Positions 25,343-39,725 of a stretch of DNA of 64,000 nucleotides are shown piece after piece. Numbering within the stretch: the stretch's first letter is position 1; each line of letters opens with the position of its first letter. The DNA is from Callorhinchus milii (Eukaryota), in assembly GCF_018977255.1 (NCBI RefSeq), contig NW_024704743.1, forward strand, positions 48,176,001-48,240,000, given 5' to 3'. Position numbers and translations under genes: made by a program. Under the pieces are notes generated by a model. The model saw nothing but the letters and a program-made list of their open reading frames with translations, was not told the DNA's origin and ran no database searches.

Positions 25343-26811
25343 ATATACATGTATATGTATTCATATTACTTTGGGATTTTTTAACTGTTATATAATTGCA
25401 GATGTTAATTTCTTGGGGAGATAACTTTTGACTCTTATCATGAATACACTGGTGCTATATTAAAGGATGTTTTGTTCAGTAGCAAAAAATACAATTTCTA
25501 CCCTCAAACATTGCTACCCATTAACAAGTGATAAAATTGCAGTTTTTTCTGTTATGCAGGTTAAAATTGGCTGTCAACTTGGATAGATATAAATGAGAAA
25601 TCCATTTTCCTTGTGACAATACCTGACAATCTGGAATGATAACAATCAGCATTGATAACCAGGAAAAGCACAAGTGGCAATTGATCTACACTATACTATC
25701 TATACTATAGGAGCAGTTAAATCACTCCGAAGTTTTGTAATGATGTTGGAACTCTGTTAAATGTGCTCAGCCTCCTTTTGATGAGTCAGTGGCTGCTCTC
25801 TTTCAAACTCTGTTTTTTTCCTGGTCTACCCTACTCCTGTTTGCATGCTTCTCCTGTCACTTAAATTCACACTATTTCCCGTATTGCCACCTAGCCACAG
25901 ATATTATTAATTCTTTTGCAATTATACAATGAACGTAACATCAAGAAGTGGATTGTGCCATTTAAGGAAGTCTATAATTGTATTGAGTTTGACAAAGCCA
26001 CAATGATCAAACATTCTACAAACTGGTAGGATGCACGGTTCAAATAAATTAGTAGAACAGGAAGAAATGGATGTAAGCAATCATTAAGAGGTCAATGATT
26101 AATTATACTCTTTTGTTAATTATATTTTTGAAAGTAATGAGGATATTCATGGTCATCATAAATACTGTGCGGATATTCCAGGCCGTGTAAAACATTTATT
26201 AGAGCACCATTATTTACAGTACAAACAATTTAATAATTATCTCCCCGTTAAGAATAAATGACTTGGAATACAATTAAGGTAAGGAGTCATTAATTTGTGA
26301 GGTATAATCTTCTGTTACTTAAATGGTTTACAATCCATAGGGATCCATTATGTTTAAAGTGGGTTGATACCTACAACATTTTCGAAGGCTTCCAACAGTG
26401 TAACAATAAAACCTCACAGTAATAATTTTATGGATCACTGGTTATCCTCCCACTGGTGGAAACCTCAATAAAACATTTTCAGTAACTAAAGATTAAGTAC
26501 TCAGATCATGGGATGTTTTACAATATATTTAGAAATTGCAGTTCTGGATAGCACAAACCAAATATTCATCCAGTCTGTTTTTTCTGATACGTGTTAGGTT
26601 TGATATTAGTGCTGACCAGTAATTATTCTGGCAATGATTTTCCCATTAACCAGGACTCTCAATCTTGATGTGCCATCTGGGAAGGGAGGAGGGTGGATTG
26701 CTTTGCTGTATTACCTCAAGTTGCTCTCCCATACCTTCTACAGACAGTTCCAGTGCTGCACTGTCAGAGGGAGAGGAGAATATGTTGTTTCTCTTGAAAT
26801 ATATTTGTTTT

Positions 26812-27400
26812 AAACAACAGCTTGCAGTTATATAGCATAGAGTAACATTGGATCACTTTTACAGAAGTGCCATACACTGAGTGGGAAGTGAGGGAAGGGG
26901 GAGGGGAGAAGTGACCAGAGGCACAGTCAAACAGTTAAGTTTTGTGGTGGCTTTTGAAGACATATAGAGAGGGGGAAAGATGGAGATGCTGAGGGGTATT
27001 TCCAGATGTGGGGGCAAAGTGGCTGAAGGCTCAGCTATTAATAGTGTGATGGGGAGTGGGGAGGGTGTGCAGTAGGTTCAAGTTTATCGAGCAGAGGGGG
27101 TGAGCGGAAAAATTAAGTTGGAGAAGATCACAGAATTATGGTGTGAGGAACTGAAGGGATTTGTAGGTGAGGCTGAGGATCTTGAATTTGATCTGCTCGG
27201 AAACAGGGAGACAGTGAAGACTGGCAAGGACATTGTGGTCACACAATGCTTCATAAAGGTAAGGATGTGAGCAACAGTTTGGATGAAATTGAGCTTGTCA
27301 ATGGTGGAGCTGGAGAGACCAGTGAGGAGGACATGTGAGAAGTTGAGTCTGGAGGTGACCAAGTGAATGAAGGTTTTGGAAGCATGAGATAGGGATGGAA
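26812..27400 (-). mobile_element. Old L2 3' fragment
   Basis: ORF 27084-27497 contains KTFIHLVTSRLNFS...KLNFIQ, matching the L2 ORF2 C-terminus. Confidence 0.7.
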
Positions 27401-27697
27401 GTGGCTGATATGGCTGATATGGCATGTTTATGGAGTTAGTTTTTCCATAAAAGCATAAGAGTAAGTTACTCTTAAGCTTTTTATTTCCCACCCCCATTGT
27501 ATGAACACCCTATTAGCTTCTTGTTCTAATGTGAATTACTAAACATTTATCTACATTAAAATCTATCTACTATACCTTGTCCCAGCTATATGTATATATA
27601 TATAAATAGTTCAAAGCATTTTAAATGCTATTTATCTTCCTTATCATATTCAACTACCCACTTAAGTGTTTGTCATCAGCAAGTGTTAGAATATAAT

Positions 27698-28135
27698 GGT
27701 GTCAGCCTGGCTCAGTTGGTGTCACTTTCCTCTCTGAGTCCGAAGGTGGTGGGTTCAAGACTCATGCCTCAGCATGAGTCTTGAGGTTATAGTTAACTTT
27801 GAGGTTATAGTTTAGGCTGACACTCCAATACAGTGCTGGGGGGAACGTAGGGGGTACCATCCATTTAACCAAGACCCTATTTCCCTGCTCAAGTGGGCAT
27901 TAAAAATTCTGTGGCACTATTCAAAAGAGAGAAAGGAGTATCCCAGTATCCTGGCCAACAATCCCACAGACAAAATTAATAATTCACTTCATGGTTATTT
28001 GTGGGAGATTGCTATACATAAAATTGCTGTATTCACCAATCAAAATAGATAGGTACTATACTGTACAGTAAATCCTGTAAAGTACTTTAAGACATCTACC
28101 GAAGTGTTATATCAAATACAATATTTATTATTATT
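27698..28135 (+). mobile_element. DeuSINE (SacSINE1-like)
   Basis: TGGCTCAGTTGG A box, CTCTGAGTCCGAAGG...GGTTCAAG B box, Deu-like core, (ATT)n tail. Confidence 0.8.
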
Positions 28136-28257
28136 ACAAGAAGTGCTCTCCTTCAAGTTTTTATAAATACAGGTGGTGTGAACAGAGAGGAACTCAGAAA
28201 AGTCTCGTAGATCTTTACTTGTGACTGCCACAGTTACAGCTTTGTTTTAACTTATTA

Positions 28258-29385
28258 AAACGGCTTCTCCTCCAGTCCCCGCACTGTCTCATGCGGTGTT
28301 TCTCAGGGCTCTGTTCTTGGTTCCCTCGTCTTCACCCTCTACATGCTCCCCCTTGGTGATGTCATCCGCAGACATGGGGTAAATTTCCACATGCATGCGG
28401 AAGACACCCAACTCTACATCTCTGCCTCCACTCTGAACTCCAGGACTACTGGCATCCTGACCGACTGCCTGTCCAACATCAAGTCCTGGATGAGGGCCAA
28501 CTTTCTCCAACTCAACGTCAGCAAGACCAAGGCCCTCCTGATTGGCTCGTGCTAGCACCTCCGCACCTCAGGCGCTGGCAATATCAGCCTCCACGGCTGC
28601 ACACTCAACCTCACTGAGCCAGTCAGGAACCTGGGTATCTTGTTTGACCCTGAACTGTCCTTTCTCCCCCACATCCGCACCATAACCAGCACTGCCTACC
28701 ACCACCTCCGCAACATTGCCAGACTCCACCACTGCCTCACCCCTCAGGCTGTCAAAACCCTCACCCACGCATTCGTCACATCAAGGCTCAATTACGGGAA
28801 CTCCCTCCTCATGGGCCTTCCCAACTCTTCTCTTCACAAGCTGCAGATCATCCAAAACTCTGCAGCTCGTGTACTCTCACTCACCAGGCTCCGTGACCCC
28901 ATCACTCCCACCCTCGCCCGACTCCACTGGCTCCCCATCCCCCAGAGGATCAAGTTCAAGATTCCCGTCCTCACCTTTAAAGCCATCCATGGCCTTGCCA
29001 CCTCCTACCACTCTGACCTGCTGACTCCCTACCAACCTGCCCGCTCCCTCCATTCATCGGGCTCCGGCCTGCTCCATGTCTCCCGCCTGACCCGCCCTAC
29101 CATCGGTGGCCGAGATTTCAGCCTCTCTGCCCCCACACTCTGGAACTCCACCCCACGGTCTCTTTGCCTCACTTCCTCCCTTGCCTCCTTCAAGGGCGGT
29201 CCCAAGACCCTTCTCTTCGATCGTGCCTTTGGTCTCCCTCCCGCCTCTCTGTCTTCCCTCACCCCTGTACCACCACTCCCCCATGCTCGGGCCCCGACAC
29301 CTGACTGTTCAGCGCTTTCGGACATCCTCCTGATGTGAAAGGCGCTCTATAAATGTAATTTTGTTATTGTTGTTTATTGTTGTAT
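28258..29385 (+). mobile_element. 5'-truncated L2 LINE, inactivated
   Basis: [10 protein letters not shown] motif, YADD mutated to HAED, in-frame TAG at 28553-28555, open C-terminal frame, 3' stem-loop and (TTG)n tail. Confidence 0.95.
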
Positions 29386-32300
29386 TATTAGCTTCTGCTT
29401 TCTATTGCTAAGCTAGTTTTCCATTCAGTTAATTTGCTCTTAGTTTAATTATAATTAATTTTCCTTTAAAAGTTACTACATAAAGCCATATCTGCTTTCA
29501 GAAAACTTAAATGAATTGTGCACTAAAAACAGCCTTATCCACCAAGTTAGCTGTGAGCCATTATCGACTGCTTCATGTTCACAATAACGTAATTACTAAT
29601 TACTGGTTTCTGCATTAATTCAATCTGTTTCCTATCCAACGGTCAATAGGTGGTCCGGGGGTGGGGGGGGGAGGGAGGATACTTGGTGAGGAAAACCCAA
29701 ACCTTAAACCTAAGCTGATCTGAAACAGAACCAGTCCTAATCTTGCCAGTCTGACTCTTTTTTTTATCTGGAATCCAACAAAAATCACACAAGTTGAAAT
29801 TCTGGCAAGAGGTAATGTTCTTGTAAGTGTAAAAGAGATTATAAGTATGCACAAAGGGTTTTGTACACTAGTTACACATTTTTTTAGATTATGAAAATGT
29901 GGATTTGATGACAATATAGCAAAGCATGCATGTTGTCCCACATATACATGTATCATAAATGTTTGAATAGTTCCACACAGAATGTCACACACATGCACAT
30001 AGATCCATGTATCACATACATGAGCACAATCCAACCAGACATGATATCAAACACTTGCAAATAACCTGTAAAGCATTTTATGAACTGTAGCCGGCAGCCA
30101 GATGGAGATTGATTTAACAAAGCTGAAATGAACATCTGTCAGGCTGGCACATTTATCCCAGCACAACAGAAATACACTTCCTATTGGTCTACTACAGAAT
30201 GGCATTGAGAGCAGCCTTGAAGAAATCTACGGCCCAACCCTCACCCTCCTGGCTGAAGAGGAAAGTGCAGCTTTGCAGTGAAACTGTACGAAATAGCTTC
30301 TTATTATAACTCAGGAAAAAGCCAGTTTTAGTGGAGCTCTTTTACAAGAATTCTTTACATAACCATGCTCCAGTGACTAACAATATTCAGATGTCTTGCA
30401 GCTTTATATCAATCTGGTTTACCTATCTGCATTCCATTTCTGCAGCGTATTTATTTTATTTCCTTTACAATGTGGATATGCACATTTCTCTGGCTCTGAT
30501 TTATCATAGCTATCATCAGGGCAGTGGCAAAATCAGCTTTCAAGATTTTATATGGAAAAGAAGTGCAGATTTTGAATAATGAAAATGACATTCAGTGCTC
30601 AAAGATTAAGAATCATTTTTTTCTGAGGAAGGAAAAAAATCTAATTTTGTTCCAACTTCTTATTTTTACATAAATTTTACATGTGTGTGATCTTGTCTGG
30701 AGCCAATGTTCTCCCAAACATTTGTGGCATGCCTCTGGTCCTGGGTAACTACTGCTGAGTCTTTAATTTTTGTGAAAGACATGAGACTGAGAACATGTTG
30801 GAACCCTTCAGTTCTGTCAAACCGGGGATTATTGATGTGGAGGGGAAACAGTTTTAATTCAGGCTGGTTCTCTTCCTTTAGAGGCCTTCTCCATTGTTAC
30901 TGTGGCCAGAGGGAGTTCATGAACCCTGTTGTCTGAATGAGAAAGAATTGGTACATTTACATGAGAACATTTTGAATGTAATTCCTACACCTCGGGTTAA
31001 ACACTGTGCCATCAGTATGATCGCTCCCATGTAGCCCCACTATTCTTATGTTATGCTCCTCAGACTGGGGCACACTCTTTCCTTTAAATACAGCGAGCAA
31101 AATTGCCAAGTAATAATTGTTATTTAAATGGGCAGATTATTTTCCCAGGGTTATTTTACTCTACAAATTCACAAACGTCTAAATTAATTTAATATTATTG
31201 AACTTCTTTATGGCAAAATATATATTTTTCCCCTGAAATTACTATGAATAAACAGCACCAGATTATTGACTGAATGATGGATTAGTGAGCCAGGTAAAAA
31301 CATACTAACATTTAATTGAAGTTTCTGTGCTTCAATTGCCTGCAAATAATTAAAGAATATCAGGCTTAGCTCTGGTTTTAAGATCATCAGAGAATTCTTG
31401 AATTCAGACTACTGAGCTGATCCAACAAAGAAAGATAAACACCCCCGACATTTTTCCAGCCAGATACATCTCTGGCTTTCCTCATGCTGACAATCAGCTG
31501 TTACTTAACCAGATTTCCATACTTTCTACAGCTCATACTTTATCTGCAACATATGAAATACTGAACCCTCCGTTGAAATGCAATGTGTGTTTTTTTTACT
31601 GTTTTCCCTCTTGCTTACCTGGCTTCAATCAGTAACACTTAAATGGGCACTATCTTCCTGAGAAATATGTTTAGCAAATATTTGCTTGTCTGGGAGGAAG
31701 ACAAGTGGAAAAGACAAGAGCCATTTGTCCATTTCACAAAGATCACTTCACTTGCAGGTAATGTGATGATGGCTTTCAGTGTGATTTGCTTGTTGTTTGT
31801 AAATAAATGGAAAAAAAACTCTTTTCAGGAAGACTATCGAAATCTAGAATTATACTGCTGTAAAACAGGTTGGAGCAGTAAATAGGATTTACATTTCCCT
31901 CACAGTAACCATATTCACTGGGAAATAAGGTGAAGGCCACAGACTATTTAAAAATATATATTATTAGGAGATTGAGAGTGTAACTGATTCTTTAAAGACA
32001 TTAAATAATGCAAGGTGCATACAAACTTAAAGTCAGAGCTCCACCGGTCAGCAGTGAGATCAGAAGGCACAATTGGTGTGAGAGTGTAAAACAACAAACA
32101 CAATTTGCATTTATTTAACGTTGAATGCATATTTTAAAATATTTTTTTATTTGTGATCGTTACATATTGAAATGCAGAATTTTTGAAAGGCCACAAATGC
32201 AGAACCATTGGGATGCTTAAAATACGTAATACTTGGAAAGTAAGAATATGGAGAAAAGTTGGGGATTGGAAGATCTGGCAAGATCTAGTAAAGTCTATGT

Positions 32301-33654
32301 TCCAATGCTGTTACTTTAAGGGAAGCCCAATTTATATTTCAGAAAATGCAAATTTTAAGATTTCTGAATTCAACTCCTGAAGCAATTTCAGAGACGTGCC
32401 TCTGGATCAAATAAATGCCTCTGAAACTTGATGTATCCTTCAATATCAACATCAATACATTGCAAAAATAGCATTGAATTGCTGTCATTGAATTGCTGCT
32501 AATTGGGAAGCACTGCTGCATTATTATTCAGTACATAGACAGAAAAAAATTGTATATAGAAAGCATTCATTGAAGTCATAATTTTCTTTAGCACAGAATA
32601 TCATAAAATGTCTTGTCCCCTGGGTAAACAATTATTTGTATTTTACTTTCTCTTGATATTGAATATTTGGGCTCCATCCCAAATCCTGGGAGAGAACAAA
32701 AAACAGGGACTTTCAACAGATTGTTTGGTCTCTATTTTTATATTATTCCTAATTTACTAATAGCAAATTATATTTGGAAACCAGCTTTTATGTGAGAAAG
32801 GACATCTCAAAGTGCTTCAGATAGCTGACTGGAAGCCAAAATACCATCAACGTATTCCTTTGAATTAGAACAACATCTACTTTAACCACAAATACAGACA
32901 TTTATATAGATTTATTTGTGGCCGGGTTACATATTGACATACAGAATGAACAAAATCACATACATAGTTTAAGTAGAATGTATCACATCCATTCCCCAAC
33001 AATTCTACAAGACAATCACAACCTCAAACAACATTCAGCTGACGAGGTGTGTTTCCAGTAATACACACTAATGCATTGTAACCACTAGATATGGTCTCTT
33101 TCTTTTCACTGTTCTTTTCCTTTCTGTGACCAGAGACCATTAGCTTTCTCAGTTACAAAACCAACCTTCCCCTGAAACCACTCCCTTCCCCCAACAGAGT
33201 GGAGTGAACTAAGTTTGACCTGAGTGGACAAGGACCTGCTGTTAACCTGTCACTGAGGATGGAATGACCTCAAGATGATGGCTGAGGGCAACTTGTGATG
33301 CCTGACCATTTTACTGAAGTGATGATAACCATCACTTAGGTTTTGTCACAGGCTGCATTTTTTCACAAGCGTTTCTTCTGGGGGGGCGGCGGGGGGAAGG
33401 GGGGGAAATCAACCTCTGAGCTTTCGAAAACTGCAAAACAAAAATGTTTGACTCCTGTAGAGAGAAAAACAGAAACTTTATTAATTTGCTGAAATAATGG
33501 AATTGGTGGATCTATTAAAGAAGACTCATTTTATTTTGCAATATATAGCATTTCCCTTTTGTTCTCACATGTACTAATGTTTGAAACAATCACATTGACC
33601 GACCTATGGCATCTACTCCTGAGACAGATATAATTTGATAAATGATAAAGACTG

Positions 33655-34090
33655 GAATAACAACAACATGCATTCATCTAGCACTCTTCACACAGGGGAC
33701 CATGTTGGAGCATTTTGCAGAGAAGAGGCTGGACACTGAGCAGGGGAAATGGGATTGGGAAGAAGGAAGGAGATGATAATAGGCAGAGTCAAAGAGATAC
33801 ATTTTTAGGTGGCTTTTCAAGATAAATAGAGAAGGGATAAGATGCAGGATTTTTTGCAGGGAGGTCCAGAGAGTGGGGGCAAAGCAGCTGAAGGCTCGCC
33901 GCTGCTGGTCAGGCTAAGGGGACAGGGGATGCAGAACAAGCTCAAATTTGCTGATTGGTGGGGGCATCAGAAGAGTGAGAGGATTAGCAAAGTTAATCCA
34001 TTGGAACACAGATAGTCAGTGGAGGCTTGGTAAGGATGAGTGTGGTGGGAACCTGTCGTATCATGCCAGGAAGTATGCGACTGGCAGAAT
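33655..34090 (-). mobile_element. Old L2 3' fragment
   Basis: (CAA)n tail and purine-rich UTR; similar to 26812-27100. Confidence 0.6.
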
Positions 34091-34896
34091 TTTGTCTGAC
34101 ATAAATTAACTGTATTTAATTTCTTACTAACCATAGCCATATGGAACTCCTTTTGTTTTAGTAAGGGCTAAAGTTTAATGCCATTGTGAATGTCACACTG
34201 ATTAGTGGGGAGTCTTAAGACTACAATCAGCATTACAAAACATGAACATGTGAGTGTAATTGTATATAGTACATGTTTCTACTCTGCCAGGAAATATACT
34301 GGTTCATTACATTAGACTAAGCGTAGAAGGAAATAACTGTAGTGTTCAGAGAGATATCATTTTCACATTAACAGTAAAATGCATGCCATATAATTCAAAT
34401 CTGTTGTAATTTAAAGATAGTCCTGTCACAAGTCACAGTGTTTTACTGGTAAAACTTATTTATAGGAGACGAGATGGCTGGACAGGCAGTTACAAGACCA
34501 TCATTCAATCATCCAGTTATGATGATGTCAGAAACTGCTAAAGTGAAGATCAAGTGGTTTATGGGCACGAAAAGCATTTTAAAGTGGAATTACTGGTGAA
34601 CCTTTGATATTATTTAGATTTTATTCTTTTCAGTTTAACACTCTTTTTGAAGTTTCATTTCAACTATTAAGCGGCTGAGAGTGGATGTAGTGGGTGAGGC
34701 AGACATCCACTTCCACCTCTGCAGTTCCCATTTCCGATAAGAACTCCAGGCACAAAATAATCCACAATTTCCTACTAATGGACCTTTTCTTTGCTTTTCT
34801 GCTATCTGGAGAACTACACAAACCAGTTTATTTTGTAGCCACCTCATTGCAGCCCATGCCTTATCTCGAGGTTCAGGCAGCTGGAGCTTAGGGAGT

Positions 34897-35765
34897 GAAG
34901 GACAGAAATGAAAATGGTGAACAATGAAAAGGAAGCAAGATCATAACAACAACAACAACAACATAATGTGAATCAGAAAATGAAGAAATAAATGAGAATC
35001 AATGAAATGTACGAAAAGAAAAAAATTGGTGAAAAAACTGAGCAGCAGAGAGATAAATTACATTTGACATGGCGCCCTTCAAATCAATAGGATGTCTCAG
35101 AGAGTTTCACAGGATATACTGTAAACTGCAGTGACTATGCATTTTGTAGGCACATGCAGCAGTCAATTTGAGCACAAACAGAAAGAAAGCAGAAAAAAAG
35201 GACTATAGAAACTGAGAAAAACACACAAATGTGTGCAAACCATACTTATAAATAATGGGGGTGAAAATGCATTGTGGAATAGTTACCATGGGTGATAATT
35301 AACACATTACATACTGCATTTCTTCCCAGCATTGTACAAGCTTCCTTGATGCCCCACTGCATCCAAGCTTTCAGATCATATTCCATTAACTTTTGGAATT
35401 CCCTCTGTCTTGTCCCCTCTCTATTGGCTTCAAATCCTGCCTAAAAGCCTACCTCTTTGATTCCGTTCATGGGCAATACCCTTGCACCTCTCCCTTCTCC
35501 CCTGCTTGGCATCCAACTCCATTACTGTAAAGTGCTCTGGGATGTTATCCTACATGAAGGTGGTGCTATGAATACAAGTTGTTGTTGGATACAGACAAAT
35601 CCCAACAGGGATAGAAGGATAAAAAAGAAAATGAAGAATGAAATGGAGGCAAAATGACAACAACAACACAATATGAATCAAAACATTAAGAAATAAATGA
35701 GAGAAATTAATGAAAAGAAAAGAAATTAGTGAAAAAGCTGAGCAGCAGCGAGATAAATTATTTGA
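34897..35765 (+). repeat. Diverged direct duplication of ~150-165 bp (34897-35060 / 35615-35760)
   Basis: Both copies contain (CAA)n...GAATCA...AAGAAATAAATGAGA...GTGAAAAA.CTGAGCAGCAG.GAGATAAATTA. Confidence 0.85.
35350..35587 (+). mobile_element. Old L2 3' fragment
   Basis: AAGTGCTCTGGGATG...GGTGCTATGAATACAAGTTGTTGTTG tail. Confidence 0.65.
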
Positions 35766-35777
35766 AACATGTAAATA

Positions 35778-35995
35778 AGAAGGTCATAGATTCAAACCCC
35801 AGTTTGTGCTCAGTTCGTTGATTTCAGCCAGAGCAGCGGGTACTATAATTGGCCTCAGCATCCCTTAGTGCAAATCAGCCAAGGTTCCCAATCCTGATCC
35901 AGAAATCTCTGATGAAATTTGTGCACATCAGCTAATGAGGACAATAACAGTTTGACTGTGATGCTCCTTGCAGTCAATTAGGCTGCCAGAACTGC
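35778..35995 (+). mobile_element. Ancient SINE-like repeat (same family as 43080-43925)
   Basis: B-box-like GATTCAAACCC, TATAATTGGCCTCAG, AATCAGCCAAGGTTCCC..CCTGATC; related sequence on the - strand at 43080-43225 and 43815-43925. Confidence 0.55.
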
Positions 35996-36004
35996 CTGAC
36001 AAGA

Positions 36005-36280
36005 CTTACTTTCTGCCCCCACTCTCTGTGACTCCATCCCTGGAGTTCCTTAGTCTCACCCCTTTCCCTTGCCTCCTTCAAGGTCCGTTTCAAGACCTTC
36101 CTCTTTTACCGCCCCTTTGTCATCATTCCCCTCGCCTCTCACCTTCCCTCCTTGGCCCCTACTCATCCCAAACCCCAGTCCTCCCAATGTGAAAGCGTTA
36201 TATTAATGCAATTTGTGGTTGTTACTGAGACGCTACCCTGCATGAAGGGAGCTACACAAATACAAGTTGTTGTTGTTGTT
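36005..36280 (+). mobile_element. L2 3' fragments (two tandem tails)
   Basis: CCTTGCCTCCTTCAAGG...AATGTGAAAGCGTTATA followed by a second tail ending (GTT)n. Confidence 0.65.
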
Positions 36281-36589
36281 ACCTGTGAATAGCAATCAGT
36301 CAGGCAAGGTGGTAGAGGACACGTTGCACCTGTGGATCTGTAACCAGCAGAAAAGAAAAAAAGAGGATTCAATTTCTTCAGGGAGAGAGGATTGTGCTAT
36401 AATCTGGGTCCAGCATTTTTTCCTGTGTACACATCACAGAAAACATAGAAACAAAGAAGCTTTTATCATGGTACATCCACACTATTGAACACAGGAAACT
36501 ACAGGAAAATCAGATTAGATGCAGGAAAAGCACAGGTGCAAAAAGTGTGATGTATAGGAAGTGCCTGATTATGTTATGAGACCTTAAAA

Positions 36590-37200
36590 AACATAGTCAT
36601 TATGGATACATTTGCTATAAAGATGATAATGACTGAGTGAAAGGGTTACATTGCAAAATAAATTAAATTTATAGTCCCAGGAGTTATGCTCACACCGTAT
36701 AGTGATCTGGTCAGCTGCACCTGAATGCCGCATGTGTTTCTGGACACTGCAACATAAAGGGTCTGCCCACTATCTGGAGGCAGGACAGATGACAGATATA
36801 ATCCTCAGTACTAGAAGGATGGGCTATGATGAATACTGGATAAGTAAAGGCTTTTCAGCTTAAAAAATATGACTCACAAGGGACTCCATTGAGGTATTAA
36901 ATGTAAACGAGAAAGCAAACCATGACAATACTTAAGGTATGCTCAAAAGCAGTACAAAAGATAAAAGGTTGTGAAGGGGGGTTTTAAGACAGGTTTCTGG
37001 AAATATTTCTTCATAGAGAGGATGGCTGGTTTCTTCATCACATTGAGGATGGTTGAAGTTAGGAAATTGGACTAATTTAAGAAACAGCTTGATGCTGTAA
37101 TGGAGAGGCAGTAGGATGCATTTTCTGGAAGATGAGATCAATTAGGCTGAAATACTTTCTTCCCCAAATGTCTTTTGTGATCTTGTTATCTTATGACTTA
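36590..37200 (+). mobile_element. Highly degraded CR1 3' fragment
   Basis: Motif order parallels 11360-11650 and 12000-12600; tail TTTTGTGATCTTGTTATCTTATGA. Confidence 0.55.
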
Positions 37201-37454
37201 GAACTGAACATATGTAACATCACAAAGCTCTCAGAAATGCAGAAATAAAATGTTTTATTTTAGCAAAGGAGTACCTGGAAATATGTAAAAAAATAAAATG
37301 TACAATAAAAGTAATATCTACATTGAACAAAATATTGTCAACAAATTGTCATTGCTGGTGTTATCGCTCTGATCAGAGTAATACAAACAACACTTTAAAG
37401 CTGAAGTAACAAGTCACAACATAATGACAAGAAGGATAATGAGTATTATATTAT

Positions 37455-37685
37455 TATCATGTTAAAGATGGACAAGACTGTTTGAAAAGAGAAGAGAATT
37501 TTTTCCAGTGGTTAGATACAGTTGGTCATTCGCTTCATAGTTATTTGTGGGACATTACTGTACACAAATTGGCTGCTGTGATCACGTACAAAATATGCAA
37601 TCATTAAAGTATACAGTAAAATCCTGTGAAACGCTTTGAGACATTTCAAGGTGCCACATCAAATGTAAGGATTCTCATTATTATA
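37455..37685 (+). mobile_element. DeuSINE 3' fragment
   Basis: TTGGTCATTC...TTTGTGGGACATT...GTGAAACGCTTTGAGAC. Confidence 0.7.
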
Positions 37686-39467
37686 TGCACCACCATCTCG
37701 CATTTGTATCAAACAAATCAACTGTATCATGTAGTTCCAGTAAGTCACAACATTCAAAATCATAGGATATTACATCATTTCCAAGATCAAAAACATTGTA
37801 ATATCTATCATTGGTCAGTATCAGTCATCTTTTGGTTGACCTGGAGTCCTGGATCAAACCAAGACTGATATTCTGTAACTACATTCATGCACCTTCATGC
37901 AATATAAACATAATTAAATAATCAATATGTAAATCTTGACATTTAACATTCTGCTACCCGCATTTTTCCAACAGTCCACATATAAATATATACAGATGTA
38001 TAAATAATCAAATATTGCTCCTCCATCAGATTTTCACTGTTTGGTGTCTATGTTTACAGTAACATAAAGTTTATTGAAGCTGTGCAAGTTATTGCATATA
38101 CATGTGTGCATTACTGACATTCTGTGCATACTGACTACTGTCAAAAGCTATCCATGTCTAAAAGGTCACAAGAACCTGCCATTCATGCCAAGCAGGGCTG
38201 AAGGATCCAGCAAATTTTAATTCAGGTACTATAGTCCCAGTAGTGAAGTCATTTAGTCCTCATACAATTAACCCATTCCCTTCACGAACAAAGCTTCCAT
38301 TTGAGCGGTTGCACTAAAAGAGATTAGTTAAATTAATAAAATAAGACATGGTGGTGAAATTTCACTGACTGATTTCAGATGTGCTACCACTAAATGATGT
38401 GAGCCTCTTTCTCTGCAGTAATGATAGGATTTCATGGCTCTTGCAAACAGTTTAAAGGATCTCATTAGATCTGACTCACGGTTGTCATGGTGTATGACTG
38501 TGGAGTCTCAGATGAGCTTTAGTGATGCTGAGGTCTCATGTGTGATATTTGTCTATTAACAGTGTATATTAAAGAACACTCAGTCAGTCAGCAGCAGTGT
38601 GGATGAAGGAGACACAGCATGGGTGACATGTTTTAATTTCCTTAACTTTTGCTAAGACTCAATATTCGAAATAATAACAGAGATCCACAAGGAGATAAAG
38701 ACTGTCAAACTCAGTGTTCAGATCTGGAAAATAAATATTACTTCTTGGAAAATTTGCACAATGTCATTCCAATATAACAAGAAAAAAGGCAAATTAGCCT
38801 ATCAAGCCCTCTCTTTTCATAGACCACAGAAAACTTGTCCCATCCTGCACTTCTCACCCACCCTGTCTCCTGTAGGAAAATTCTGCACCTACTTCTTGGC
38901 CTCAAGGATAATCAAGCAAGAACTTTCAAATATTCATCTATCCCCACACCCCCAGTATTTAAATGTAGCCTATCTCCCTCCAGAGATAAAATGTACTCTT
39001 CCTCTGTACCAGTACAAAAATTATTGAGTCCCAATAAATATAGGTATTCATTTCAGGCTGTATCTGAGTCTACACTAATGTTGTGTAGCAAATCTTGTTT
39101 GATGGGCCTGTTAAAGGCTCTTTAATTTTAAAGCAATACCCTCCAGTTCTGCTCTCATAGTATCAGTGCCTCCCATCATATAATAACTGCATCAGGTTCT
39201 TTTCAGGCTTTTTCTTTAGTTAGACTCTAGTTTAGTCGTTCTGTGATATTCTCATCAAATCTTAGAGCTGTATCCTGGAATTCTCCATATCACCCTGAGC
39301 CCTCACATGGTTTAATGTTCTTTTGAAAATTAATATGAATAATGAGCAAGTTGTTATTTTCATGTTTCAACAAGTGCTGTTTGAAGAAACAGTGAACTAT
39401 AGAGTGAATAATGAAGGTGATACCATATATTTTACCCTATACGAAAGATACAATTTTGTTCAATCAG

Positions 39468-39725
39468 TTTGTAGCACTCTATCTCTGAGTCAGAAGGTTT
39501 TGGGTTCAAGCCCCACATCGGGACTTGGAATCACATGGTCTAAAGTGACATTCCAATGCAGTACTGGGCATGTATTGTATTGTCATCCTTCAGATGAGAC
39601 TCTAAACCAAGCTCTATTCAGGCGGATGTTAAAGATCCCATTATACAGTACTATTCAAAAAGAGAAAGGAGTTTCTCCCAATGTCCTAGCCAACATTCCC
39701 CAGAACAAATTGGTTATTCACTTAA
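39468..39725 (+). mobile_element. DeuSINE 5' two-thirds
   Basis: TAGCACTCT.TCTCTGAGTCAGAAGGTT..GGGTTCAAG head and Deu-like core. Confidence 0.75.

Noticed and set aside
31612..31665. 39-nt minus-strand segment with good splice sites
   Set aside because: Stops in all three frames; shows that such signals arise by chance here
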